A DNA stretch of 62,730 nt, counting the filler, from Aduncisulcus paluster (Eukaryota), in the NCBI GenBank assembly GCA_024181965.1. It is 9 parts of 9 records of this genome, joined end to end, with 100 filler letters (N's around TTAATTAATTAA, not from the genome) between each part and the next. Parts side by side here need not be neighbours in the genome. Positions count along the whole stretch, not along the records: positions 24,058 to 36,094 come from BQXS01011306.1; positions 36,195 to 43,893 come from BQXS01011307.1; 7 more parts are not named here. One strand, given 5' to 3'. The notes under the pieces are model-generated. The model did no database searches. It was not told the origin of the DNA and saw only the letters and a list, made by a program, of their open reading frames with translations. Both the position numbers and the translations under genes were made by a program. Shown here piece after piece: positions 33,190-43,993 of this stretch (position 1 is its first letter; every line of letters starts with the position of its first letter).

Positions 33190-36094
33190 ATGAATATTAA
33201 TAGAGCATGTGAAGAAGTTTACAAAAATTTTTGCCTTCTTAACTGTACAGTTGAAAATTTAGCAGATCAGAAAGTGAAATGGCATCCAAATGTATTTATA
33301 AAATCATCTGAACGAGAAAAATTGGTTTTAATACACTTTTTATTAATGAAGTTGGATAGAGAAAGGTGTTTAAAAGAGTTTGGTTCCATGATTCCTACTA
33401 TTTTATCTTCTAGTGAGAGCAAGAGCTTAAAAGTGCATTGCGTACAGTGGATTGCCGAATTAACGGATACTCCTTTTCATATTCCTGCCATTCGTTATTC
33501 TGACTTTCTTAAAGGTTCTCGTGGTGTTGTTTTCTTTCTACTGTTTTCTATGTATGTTTTATATGAATGCGGAAGACGGCAATCTTCGTTTACGATTCCC
33601 CCAATATGTTTGCCAATATCTGGAACGACCAGCCATCGTTTGTCTCATTTAACTCGAACTCATGTTCAAGTCCTTAAAAAACGATTTATTGCTGCAAACA
33701 AGGCCAGAATTGAGAATGAAAAGGTTAAATCAAGGTTAATTGAACACTCTATTGATCTTAAAAAGCAATATGTGAAGGAAGCCAAAGAAAGTGCCAAAGA
33801 TCTATTTTTATACATGAGAAAGAAAAGATTATTTCCTGAACAACAACAATTACAGCAAGAAAAGGAACAGCAGTATGCTCTTATGCGCCATCAAGGCCCT
33901 TCTTCTTCTGTCCCCTTATCATCACCAAATGCACCTGTTACCCCGACCAATTTCCAATATTCTTCACATTCACATCACAATCCACATCATGTAGATGCAT
34001 CTCTGTCTTTTCCATCACCTTCAAACAACCCATCGCCAGGATCTTGTTCTTCTTTTCAACCTGGTGGTCCTTCCACACGGGTTCTTCTCAAATCACCTAT
34101 AAATAGCACTTCGTATGTTATTCAACAACCTCCGACCACATTGGGAACTATTGCCATGTGTTCTAATGCTTTAAATAATATAAATGAATCATTGGTGTTA
34201 TTGGGTGCTGAGGTAGCCGTTCAGAGAGAGGAAATGTGGAAATTTACTCAAAAAGTCAACAAAAGTCTCGAAGTCAAGAAAAGTCTTGCTGATGGGAGCG
34301 ATAATTCTGAATCGGCTGCTCTGGAGTTCCCTGATAAAGGTGAAGAAGAAAAGGNNNNNNNNNNNNNNNNNNNNTTTCAACCTGGTGGTCCTTCCACACG
34401 GGTTCTTCTCAAATCACCTATAAATAGCACTTCGTATGTTATTCAACAACCTCCGACCACATTGGGAACTATTGCCATGTGTTCTAATGCTTTAAATAAT
34501 ATAAATGAATCATTGGTGTTATTGGGTGCTGAGGTAGCCGTTCAGAGAGAGGAAATGTGGAAATTTACTCAAAAAGTCAACAAAAGTCTCGAAGTCAAGA
34601 AAAGTCTTGCTGATGGGAGCGATAATTCTGAATCGGCTGCTCTGGAGTTCCCTGATAAAGGTGAAGAAGAAAAGGAAGGAAAAGAAGAAGAAAGAGAAAA
34701 AGAAAAGGAAGGGAAAGAAGAAGAAAGAGAGGAAAGGAAGAAGAAAGGAATTGAAGAAGGAGCAACCTCAAAAAATAATAATAAGGATACCTCTCAGATA
34801 TTTCCTTTCTTGTCTGGGTCAGAGTTCAAGAAGAATCTCATTGACCTTGCTCATTCAACTATTCACACTGGTCATGGTCTAAATTTAGAACAGATTATTC
34901 GCAATAGCAATGATATGATTCGTTCGATTACATCTAAGGTTAGACTCTGGAAAAAGAGAGCTAGTTCTGATGGTAGTGCGTTTAAAAATAGTTCAGTTGC
35001 TCTTTCTCATTCTAAATCTAAAAATAGACACCAACAAGGAACATCTTCCCCAATTACCACACTGATCAAAGAAGAGCTTGACTTTGATATTCATCAACAT
35101 CTCGACCGAATGCTAAAATTAGAACATAAAGTCAAAGATATTTCTGGAATAATGAGAAAGAAGAAAGAGGATGCTCGACGTGTTCTTGAATCTCTTATCG
35201 AAAGCTCCAAACTAGGATCTAATTCTTCAGATTATTCAATGATGGTTGATTTATTTCCAAAAACTCCTCTGGTTGGCATAGAAGCGAGAGAGAGAGAGAG
35301 GGAGAGGAGAGTTATATGTCACCTCCTGGAACATCTATAAATAGAAATAATTATGTTGATGAAGACTTAATCACATATGCAACAACACCATTGTTGTCTG
35401 CACTTAAGAAATATTCATATCAAGCTCTGGCTACAACTCCTGGAACTTCAACTTTCTCAAGAACTAGTCAGCAGCTATTTTTAGATTCCACGCCGACATC
35501 AACAGCGACAAAATCTAAAAATAGAATATCGAGGTTTCAAAAACATCAAGGAGGTCAAGGAACGCCAAAGACACCAAAGACACCTCTTTCTGCTTCACCA
35601 AACCATGATAACGGCATGTTCTTCTCACCCGCAATAGAAACGCCTATAAATAGAATTGCGCGTCTTAATGCCAAACGAGATGCTACTAAACTTGTTATTC
35701 AAACCCCCCACACTGATGTAATCGGTTCCATGTCAGTACCTGGATCTGTTTCCTCTTCTCATTCATCAAAAATTGGAACTGGTGCTTCTTCTTCTTCTTT
35801 CTCAGCTAAAAATAGAAGTTCATTTGTTAAAACACCAAGTTATCTTAAAACTCCGACTTATTTCCAAGGCCAAAGTTCCTCAATGGTGATGACTCCAACC
35901 TCATTGCAATCATTTTCTACATCACAGCAAGTCAAAGGATCTGTTCAAGGTAGAGAAAGGAAGAAGTTTGTGAAAGTTGTTAGATGGAGTCAAGTTGACA
36001 AGAAACACGAATCAAACAACGCCACAATCGCTGCTTCCTCTTCCTCTTCCTCTTCTTCAACATTAAGGATTAATCAACACCCACCTTTGATGAT
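33190..36094 (+). CDS. HAUS6: HAUS augmin-like complex subunit 6 (HAUS6/Dgt6)-like, 3'-partial
   Basis: N-terminus NFCLL...PNVFIK...LIHFLLMKLD...F...P...ESKSLK...WIAEL...FSMYVL fits HAUS6_N. There is a duplication artefact at 34355-34374 and a frameshift in a (GA)n tract near 35290 that links to ORF 35316. Confidence 0.72.
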
Positions 36095-36194
36095 NNNNNN
36101 NNNNNNNNNNNNNNNNNNNNNNNNNNNNNNNNNNNNNNTTAATTAATTAANNNNNNNNNNNNNNNNNNNNNNNNNNNNNNNNNNNNNNNNNNNN

Positions 36195-37140
36195 CTTGGA
36201 AACTGATCCCTTTTTCTCTGAATTCATTATACAACACAGGATGACCCCACATCTCTGTTGGTAATGGAGCCTTTTTCTCATCACATTGCTCCAATAATAT
36301 CTGTTCATCTGGACTCAACAATGGCGAATAAGGAGAGGAGACCAACTCATTATCTTGAGAATCTGAACAAGAATCGTGATCTTCAAGTATTTTGACCATT
36401 TCTGTTGAGGACCGACCAACTCCACGTTCTTTCCATTTCATTTGATAATCCCAATCATATAAATTGGCCCTTTCGTCATATCTAATGCCATAATAAAGCC
36501 TCAGACGTTCATTAAAACATTTCTCCATACTCTCTCCGGCTCTATGGCTGCCTTCAGCAAAATGGCGCAGCTTATTCGTGGTTCCTCGGCACGATAGCAC
36601 ACAGGATTCAACATAATCACGGTGCTTGTATTTAAGATGACGCAATTTACAAATGGATGGGAAAAGAGAGACAAATGGGTTCCATTTCTCAACTTTTCGA
36701 GACGGAGAACCAGTAACAATTGTTGACACGGTTGGAACAATCAGTTTATCAAAGAACTCTTGGCATTTCGATGTAATTTTGATAGAACCATGCAACTCTA
36801 AAAAAAATTGAGCACGAACCTCAAATGGTAAGCTAAAAACAGAAAAATCTTCTTTTCCATCGGAAGTCTCGGTTTGAGGCGGTGGCAAGAGGAGAAATGC
36901 CAATTGTGAAAGTTGTCGGGTCATTAATGTTATAGTTGGCTCAACAATGAAGAAATTAGTTTTATAACCAGTTTCTTCAAAACGTTTTTGTGCATATAAT
37001 AAATTATAGAAAATATATCGGGCATCACCAGTGGAAATGAGTAAAACATTCAATATTCCTTCTTTCTTCTTATACAATAGATTAATTGGGGGTGTCAAAC
37101 CCCAAAAGTTAAAGAGTCCATAGGACTTAAGGGAATCCAT
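36195..37140 (-). CDS. DNAAF3: Dynein axonemal assembly factor 3 (PF22), 3'-partial
   Basis: G...FWGLTPPINL, LNVLLISTGDARYI and RLRLYYGIRYDERANLYDWDYQMK motifs. Confidence 0.88.
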
Positions 37141-37462
37141 CCTCGATAGGGGGGCGAAATCGATCAATTTGTTTCTCGTTGATTTGAAACCATTCTTTGA
37201 GGACTAAAACCATAATATTTTTAATTCATTGTTAAATTATATTTTAGATAATTTTATCTTATATTGGGAAACTCTTTCAAAACCGTTTTAAGAAATCTTC
37301 GTTTTTCAAGCTGATACGTTTGTAATTGTCCTTAATATTAAATAAAATTGGTAATAATATTCAATTTATATCCATTTTATGGGAGCTTTGGCTAAAAAAT
37401 ATGATTATTATACGTCGGTGGGGAGCAGGTTTAAGAATTTTTCATTTTGATTACAATTCAAA

Positions 37463-38158
37463 ATGGTGTATTCATATCATCCTGGTGATAAGAATATTTA
37501 TGTCATGTCTCCTCAAAGAAACCTAATATATCATAGCCAGATGTATGTTGGGCAGCAGAAGAAAAAAGAGAAGGAAAAAAAATGTTGTGGTTGTTCCTGT
37601 TGTTGTTGTTGCTGCTGTTTTACATTCTTTATTCTTATTTTGGGTGTATTAGGCCTATTTTTCTGGTTTAACTTCTTTGCCGTAAAGGTATTACACTCCA
37701 CTAATATGCATGTTGAAAATGCTGAATATGTTTCTGAAACCGGAACCGCTACTTCATGCAAATCAACTGTTACTCTTACATTCCAATATGATGCTCTTTG
37801 TGATACTTATTCCAAGAATTTCCCAGTTGTCTTAACTTCTATCTCTGGTACTCTCAAAACCATCAATGCTTCGAGTGAAGAAGAAGAGACTCCCTATTCT
37901 GTTGAATTTGATGATCCAAAGACTGTGAGTGGAAAGATTACATGTGAAGAATCTACATTTACTCATTCTATGACGTTGGAGCTTCCTAATTCAAAATTCT
38001 GTCAATCTGATGATTCGACTTTCTTCTCAATTGATAATTTCTCAGGTTATGTTGCTTCCGATTATTTATCTGTCAAATCTTGGCTCATTTCCTTCATTTA
38101 TTCTGTTTTTGGACGGTTTGGACTCGACACTATGAAATTTGGGGCCATGGCTCAATAA
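37463..38158 (+). CDS. Single-pass membrane protein with a juxtamembrane poly-Cys tract
   Basis: KKCCGCSCCCCCCC precedes a TM helix and a beta-rich ectodomain. Confidence 0.7.
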   Translation: MVYSYHPGDKNIYVMSPQRNLIYHSQMYVGQQKKKEKEKKCCGCSCCCCCCCFTFFILILGVLGLFFWFNFFAVKVLHSTNMHVENAEYVSETGTATSCKSTVTLTFQYDALCDTYSKNFPVVLTSISGTLKTINASSEEEETPYSVEFDDPKTVSGKITCEESTFTHSMTLELPNSKFCQSDDSTFFSIDNFSGYVASDYLSVKSWLISFIYSVFGRFGLDTMKFGAMAQ

Positions 38159-38607
38159 TCAATCTATATGGGTGGGGAATTTTATTTATCTATTTCTCTT
38201 TCATCTTATTTCATTTTAAAAACTTCTGTGGCTATTGGCACCCAGATATGTCAACAAGTACCTATGAAGCGATATGTTCATACCATTTCATCTCTTTTTT
38301 GTCTTAAAATAAGAATATAGAACCTAAATCCGGGTTTTGCTTGATTTTCTTATTTTTTTTCGTCAACAGTGATTTTTTTGGAAAATAAAAAAATCAGAGA
38401 ATTGAATTTAAAATATTTAGGCTTATCGCAACATTCGAAGAAGATGGATCACAAGTTTTTAGTTCAGATCTCAAGAAAGCAGTCGAAGAGGTTGGTTTTC
38501 GAATGGATCTCTTGGGAAATATTAAAACTATTATAATTCCGTGTTATGGAAGAGAAAAATATTCATTCATAAAATTTGATCAACCGGAATAAATAAATTT
38601 CCAAGAT

Positions 38608-39915
38608 TTAACCTGAAGTATCTCCCTCACCCCAATAAGCATGACGATTTGGGGGACCCATACCTCTGCTGTCATTCGTCTCAGCTAAAATACGTTGAGT
38701 CCTGTGCTCACGAACCAAATCATCAACAAGTGAATCATCTTGCTCCGAACTTCTTCTATCAGCACCACCAACACTGGCTTCAGTTCGAGTTTGAGATCTC
38801 CTGACATTCCGATCTCTTCCCCTACCTCCCCTTCGTCTCCGCCTTTGGGCCACAGCCTCGTCTTCCCGAACCTCATCAATCCATGAATCCAAGTTCGATG
38901 TCCACAAATCAGTTTCTGAAAAACACCTCTTCCAAGCCTTTCTGCTGAGATATGTATACTTTTTGACATTTCCATACTTAACTCTTACACGGCTTATTAA
39001 AGACAAAATCAAGCGATCGTGTTCAAGAGAACTAAGTCGAATAAATCGTTGCCGCAGAGGATGAGACAATTCAAAAGAATCAATGGCTTTCAACAAAAAG
39101 TATTTAACTTCAGTTGCTTCAGTTGATGAAGGATTCAAAAAATCTTGAAGGAGGAAAAGTACGGCTCGATCAATAAGGTGATCAAATGATTTATCATANN
39201 NNNNNNNNNNNNNNNNNNTTTTGACATTTCCATACTTAACTCTTACACGGCTTATTAAAGACAAAATCAAGCGATCGTGTTCAAGAGAACTAAGTCGAAT
39301 AAATCGTTGCCGCAGAGGATGAGACAATTCAAAAGAATCAATGGCTTTCAACAAAAAGTATTTAACTTCAGTTGCTTCAGTTGATGAAGGATTCAAAAAA
39401 TCTTGAAGGAGGAAAAGTACGGCTCGATCAATAAGGTGATCAAATGATTTATCATAAGAAGATATTATGTGTCTAAGAGTATCAGCTCTCTCAGGAGTAA
39501 GCTTCTCTGGGTCATTTTGTTCGACAATATGACGTTCAATGTCAGATTGTCTTCTATATAAGTCATTCAAGGTATCAAAAATCTCTTTCATTTTGGTTCC
39601 GAGATCTAAAAAAGATTTTCGAAACTCCTTTTGAATAGAGCGAACACTACAAAGAGTGGCTCGTTGTCCCGCTGAAATAAACTTAATATAATCAAATAGT
39701 TCGCGCTTGTTGGATGGTAATGAAGCTTCGTCGGTTTCCAAAGTAAAAGGGAAGGGTGGCAGCCTTTGACCATCCGATATAACACTTATTCCCAAAGGTT
39801 GTGATGGAATACCAATAGTAGGTATAAAAGGAGCGATTGGAGGTTGTATCTGGTCTTCAGTCAATGAAAGAGTTTCACTTCTGTTAACACCCTGCGAAAC
39901 TGATGGAGATGACAT
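38608..39915 (-). CDS. Hypothetical protein (true length ~350 aa after collapsing the duplication at 39199-39218)
   Basis: ATG-initiated ORF; the internal exact repeat flanks a 20-N gap. Confidence 0.6.
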   Translation of the reverse strand: MSSPSVSQGVNRSETLSLTEDQIQPPIAPFIPTIGIPSQPLGISVISDGQRLPPFPFTLETDEASLPSNKRELFDYIKFISAGQRATLCSVRSIQKEFRKSFLDLGTKMKEIFDTLNDLYRRQSDIERHIVEQNDPEKLTPERADTLRHIISSYDKSFDHLIDRAVLFLLQDFLNPSSTEATEVKYFLLKAIDSFELSHPLRQRFIRLSSLEHDRLILSLISRVRVKYGNVKXXXXXXXYDKSFDHLIDRAVLFLLQDFLNPSSTEATEVKYFLLKAIDSFELSHPLRQRFIRLSSLEHDRLILSLISRVRVKYGNVKKYTYLSRKAWKRCFSETDLWTSNLDSWIDEVREDEAVAQRRRRRGGRGRDRNVRRSQTRTEASVGGADRRSSEQDDSLVDDLVREHRTQRILAETNDSRGMGPPNRHAYWGEGDTSG

Positions 39916-40190
39916 AATTTAGAACTCCGAATATACTATTATTAAAAAGAATCCAAAAGATCTGTCCAAAACATAATGGTTTATATTATTTTGATTATCA
40001 TGAGTTCAAATGTGGATCTTGCAGCACCAAAACATTAAAACATCCTCTTCAACCATCATAGACATTTTTTCTCGGTTCGACAGTATCTGTAGCGACTCGT
40101 AATCGGATTGAATATGGATGTGCGTCGTGTTCAGTGATTTATATTTCACAAATATTCGTGAATAAAATTTAAAGAATATTGAACAATAGG

Positions 40191-40257
40191 TTTACATAAA
40201 TTGTTCAGAACGATTCACTCTCAAAAAATTGTTCCTAGATGTTTGCCAAAAAAATGG
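40191..40257. repeat. ~67-bp direct repeat, second copy at 41360-41426
   Basis: TTTACATAAATTGTTCAGAACGATTCACTCTCAAAAAA(A)TTGTTC-TAGATGTTT-CCAAAAAA(A)TGG at both sites, differing by a few bases, with no N gap between them. Confidence 0.9.
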
Positions 40258-40351
40258 GTCACCCGTGAGACAATCTATTCAATAGATGTGTGAGACAATC
40301 TATTCAATAGATCGAAGTTCGAGATCTTCTTTGTCCCTTTTGTTTACAAAC

Positions 40352-41029
40352 ATGTCATACAAATTCGAACGTCATGTACGTTTTGACATTGAATGTACAC
40401 CGTCTGATGTAGATCCTTATGAAAAGACCTATTCTTTTGTCGATTTATCCTTTCCTTTTTTAGCGTTGCCTTTCTTTGAAAAGAAGTACACCAATAATGG
40501 TCCAAACTTCCGTATCAGACCCGTTTTTTCCATCTTTTCCCGAGTATTAATAGAGACTGATGACGAGACTATGCCTACACTCTATATCAAAGGATATGTA
40601 AAGGAGATAGTTATGGGAGATAAGATTATTGCGATACACAAATTGCCTTATACCTTTCTCTCGCTGGACTATGCCGAAGAAGATTTTATATGTGATGATC
40701 CTTGGTTTGAACTTCCGTCCAGGTATAAATATGTAAAAGAAATCAGAGACATTGAACCCTCTTATGACTTTTACTGTGGGGATGAGTGTGACAATAGATG
40801 GGTGGAATACTTTGATCTTCCCGATTATCTCAAAGAGATACCAATATTTAAGAAAAAATATGGAGGAGAGAGTCTACGCTATGAGATTTATTGTAAAATA
40901 TGTCTGTATCGAAAGCATGATCGATATTATGCAAAGGGATACATAAAAGAATCTTATGCGGGGTGGGATGATTGGTGTCACTATACTAGACTCCCTTTAA
41001 CTAGAGTACCATATATTAAGCGTAAATAA
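40352..41029 (+). CDS. Tyr-rich hypothetical protein with an internally duplicated domain
   Basis: Two copies of F.DL...L..P.F.KKY...Y.KGY.KE...G......LP. Alternative ATG at 40286. Confidence 0.7.
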   Translation: MSYKFERHVRFDIECTPSDVDPYEKTYSFVDLSFPFLALPFFEKKYTNNGPNFRIRPVFSIFSRVLIETDDETMPTLYIKGYVKEIVMGDKIIAIHKLPYTFLSLDYAEEDFICDDPWFELPSRYKYVKEIRDIEPSYDFYCGDECDNRWVEYFDLPDYLKEIPIFKKKYGGESLRYEIYCKICLYRKHDRYYAKGYIKESYAGWDDWCHYTRLPLTRVPYIKRK

Positions 41030-41475
41030 AGAAAGAGCACACATCTTTGTGAACTAGGTGATATCTTATTCGAGAGCCATCTTGTTTGAGAACATTTCGA
41101 CAAAATTTACAACGATTTCTTAAATGAATCTGGATTAGACACTCTTTTCTCGAAAAATATCGCACACGCTACATTTCAAATGCTCTCTACAAGATGAAGA
41201 TTGACAGAGCGTACTACCAGCGTGTAAGAGACTCTACATCTGAGATAAGAGCTGATAGGGAATTAGACATTTTTTATCGTGTATTTAGCGAATGAATATG
41301 GATGGAGTTGTTCAGTAAAAATTCACAGATTTTGATTGTGAATAAATCAAAAATTTATATTTACATAAATTGTTCAGAACGATTCACTCTCAAAAAAATT
41401 GTTCATAGATGTTTACCAAAAAATGGTGACAATGATCATTGGATTGATCATATCATTTGTCGTGGAGTTGTTATT

Positions 41476-43890
41476 ATGTCATGTAAAAAGGTAGGCTTTT
41501 CTGATACTGAAACTATTCGTCTTAAGGATCACCTGAAAAGTTTGCGGTATCAATTCCCCAATGAAGAGTTAGCTGCGACCGAGCTCATTAATCTTTCTGC
41601 AATTCTTTCTCTTCCGAAATCAACTGAACAATATATTAGTGATATTCATGGTGAATTTGAAGCTTTTGATCATTTGTTAAGATCTGGATCTGGAAACGTT
41701 CGGAAGAAGATTGACAAGGCTTTTAGTTTTACAATGCCTAGGACTCAAAGAGATGCATTGGCGACCCTTATTTATTATCCCGGGGAGAAATTACCCAGTT
41801 TACTTGCGTCTATTGTTTTAGAGGACGATCGTCGTGAGTTGTTATGCACTCTAATATATCAACTTGTTCTGGTGACTAGGTTAATGGGAACAAAGTACAC
41901 AAGGTCAAAGGTATATAAAATGATGCCCGATAGATTCAAATATATTATGGATGAACTCTTAAACGAACAGGAGAGAGATAAAGACAAGGACAAATATTAT
42001 ATGTCAATTATTCGTTGTGTCGTGTCGGTTGGTCAAGGTCCTGACTTAATCATCGCTCTTTGCCATCTTATCCAGAGACTTGCTGTTGATAAATTGCATA
42101 TTGTTGGAGATATCTATGATCGTGGTCCAGGTGCTCATCTTGTCCTCGATTCGCTGATGGATTACCATGATGTCGATATTCAATTTGGTAACCACGATGT
42201 ATTGTGGCTCGGTGCTGCTGCAGGGAGCCTTCCTTGTATTGCCACTGCTATTCGAATCTCTCTTCGTTACATGAATCTTGAGACACTCGAGACTGGCTAT
42301 GGTATAAACCTTTTGCCTCTTGCCCGAATGGCTTCTTCTGTTTATAATAATGATCCTTGCGAGAGATTTCACCCAAAAACCAAGGGAGAAAAAATGTACC
42401 CCACGCCAGCCAAAACTGATATAAAAGTCCTTGTTCCTGATGATTCTTCTGATAAAGAGGAGGAAATCTCCAAGGATGACCAGAAAGTACTTCGAATGAG
42501 CGATGTAGAACTTGTGAGCAAGATGCAGAAGGCCATTGCCATCATTCAGTTCAAAGTTGAAGGTCAGATCATTGAGAAAAGACCAATATATAAGATGGGC
42601 GATAGGAATTTATTACACCGGATTAATTTTCCAAAGGACTCAGAAAAGACTGATCCCACAAAACCTCTGACCATTACTCTTCCTGATGGTTCCACTCATG
42701 AACTCCTTGATTCAAACTTCCCCACTATCGATCCCTCGGATCCATATGCACTTACTGCTGTCGAACGTGATGTTTTGATGCATCTTCAGTATGCTTTCAC
42801 TCATTCTGCCACTTTACAGAAACACTGTAAGTTCCTCATGGATAAAGGAAGTCTGTATAAATGTTACAATGGAGCCCTTCTTTTCCATGGCTGTGTTCCA
42901 CTGGATGCCGATGGAAAGTTGTCAGAGGTCACAATCCCTCACATCTCTGATATCACAGGGAAAGAAGAAGCTATTACATTGAAAGGGAAAGCATTGTATG
43001 ATCTATTGGACCAACAACTTAGGGATGGGTTCTTCCTTCACGGAAACGAGGGAATGGGCGTGGCAGAATTGGCTGCAGTTGCTCCAAGTTCATGTCTGAC
43101 CGCCCAGTCATTCGTGGCTGCTCCCCCGACTCCTATATTTGAATGTAAGGTTGATTTTGCCCTTGAAGACGAGGAAACCGATGATACGTTGTTCGGAGAT
43201 TCATCGGAGTCGTCTGATAATTCCAGAGCCGATGAGATTCTTGGGAACAGGAAGAGTCTTGGCCAGGACTGTTTTTGGATGCTCTGGTGTTTCCATAAAT
43301 CACCTCTCTTTGGAAGGAACAAGATGGCCACATTCGAGTCATATTTCATTGCTGATAAGACTGTTGCCAAAGAGATCCCCGATCCTTTCTTCTCCTTTAG
43401 GGATGATAAGGAGGTTGTTACCGGAATTATTAATAATTTTGACGTGAAACCAATGGGAGGTGTTCGTTTTGTTGTGTGTGGACATACTCCTGTGAAAGTC
43501 AAGAAGGGAGAACAGCCCGTCAAAGCTGATGGAAAGATGCTCTGTATTGATGGGGGCTTCAGTTCAGCATATCACAAAACAACTGGAATTGCAGGCTTCA
43601 CTCTCGTGTGCGATTCGCATGAATTGTTCTTGTGTCAGCATAAACCGTTCACCTCTAAGGCTCTAGCCATTACTGATGATGTAGATATGACAAGCCGTCT
43701 CGTTAGAGTGACTGAATTCAAGGAAAGGATGAGAGTTCGACACACAGATGACGGGCATCGTCTTGCAAAGCGTGTGAGTGATCTTAAAAGGTTATTGATC
43801 GCCTATCAGAATGGGACTTTGAAACCTATGGGGAAAGGAAAGAAAAAGGTCCTCATGAAGTTCAGTTCACATCTTGGGAAGAACTTTTAA
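41476..43890 (+). CDS. fbp: Fructose-1,6-bisphosphatase class III (Firmicutes-type)
   Basis: ELINLSAILSLPKSTEQYISDIHGE, LHIVGDIYDRGP, GNHD, SPLFGRNKMATFE, GHTPVK and IDGGFSSAYHKTTGIAGFTL motifs. Upstream in-frame ATG at 41302. Confidence 0.93.
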   Translation: MSCKKVGFSDTETIRLKDHLKSLRYQFPNEELAATELINLSAILSLPKSTEQYISDIHGEFEAFDHLLRSGSGNVRKKIDKAFSFTMPRTQRDALATLIYYPGEKLPSLLASIVLEDDRRELLCTLIYQLVLVTRLMGTKYTRSKVYKMMPDRFKYIMDELLNEQERDKDKDKYYMSIIRCVVSVGQGPDLIIALCHLIQRLAVDKLHIVGDIYDRGPGAHLVLDSLMDYHDVDIQFGNHDVLWLGAAAGSLPCIATAIRISLRYMNLETLETGYGINLLPLARMASSVYNNDPCERFHPKTKGEKMYPTPAKTDIKVLVPDDSSDKEEEISKDDQKVLRMSDVELVSKMQKAIAIIQFKVEGQIIEKRPIYKMGDRNLLHRINFPKDSEKTDPTKPLTITLPDGSTHELLDSNFPTIDPSDPYALTAVERDVLMHLQYAFTHSATLQKHCKFLMDKGSLYKCYNGALLFHGCVPLDADGKLSEVTIPHISDITGKEEAITLKGKALYDLLDQQLRDGFFLHGNEGMGVAELAAVAPSSCLTAQSFVAAPPTPIFECKVDFALEDEETDDTLFGDSSESSDNSRADEILGNRKSLGQDCFWMLWCFHKSPLFGRNKMATFESYFIADKTVAKEIPDPFFSFRDDKEVVTGIINNFDVKPMGGVRFVVCGHTPVKVKKGEQPVKADGKMLCIDGGFSSAYHKTTGIAGFTLVCDSHELFLCQHKPFTSKALAITDDVDMTSRLVRVTEFKERMRVRHTDDGHRLAKRVSDLKRLLIAYQNGTLKPMGKGKKKVLMKFSSHLGKNF

Positions 43891-43993
43891 ATCNNNNNNN
43901 NNNNNNNNNNNNNNNNNNNNNNNNNNNNNNNNNNNNNTTAATTAATTAANNNNNNNNNNNNNNNNNNNNNNNNNNNNNNNNNNNNNNNNNNNN

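Noticed and set aside
40265-40312. CRISPR-like repeats
   Set aside because: Only two 23-bp copies 2 nt apart, with no spacers or cas genes, in eukaryotic context.
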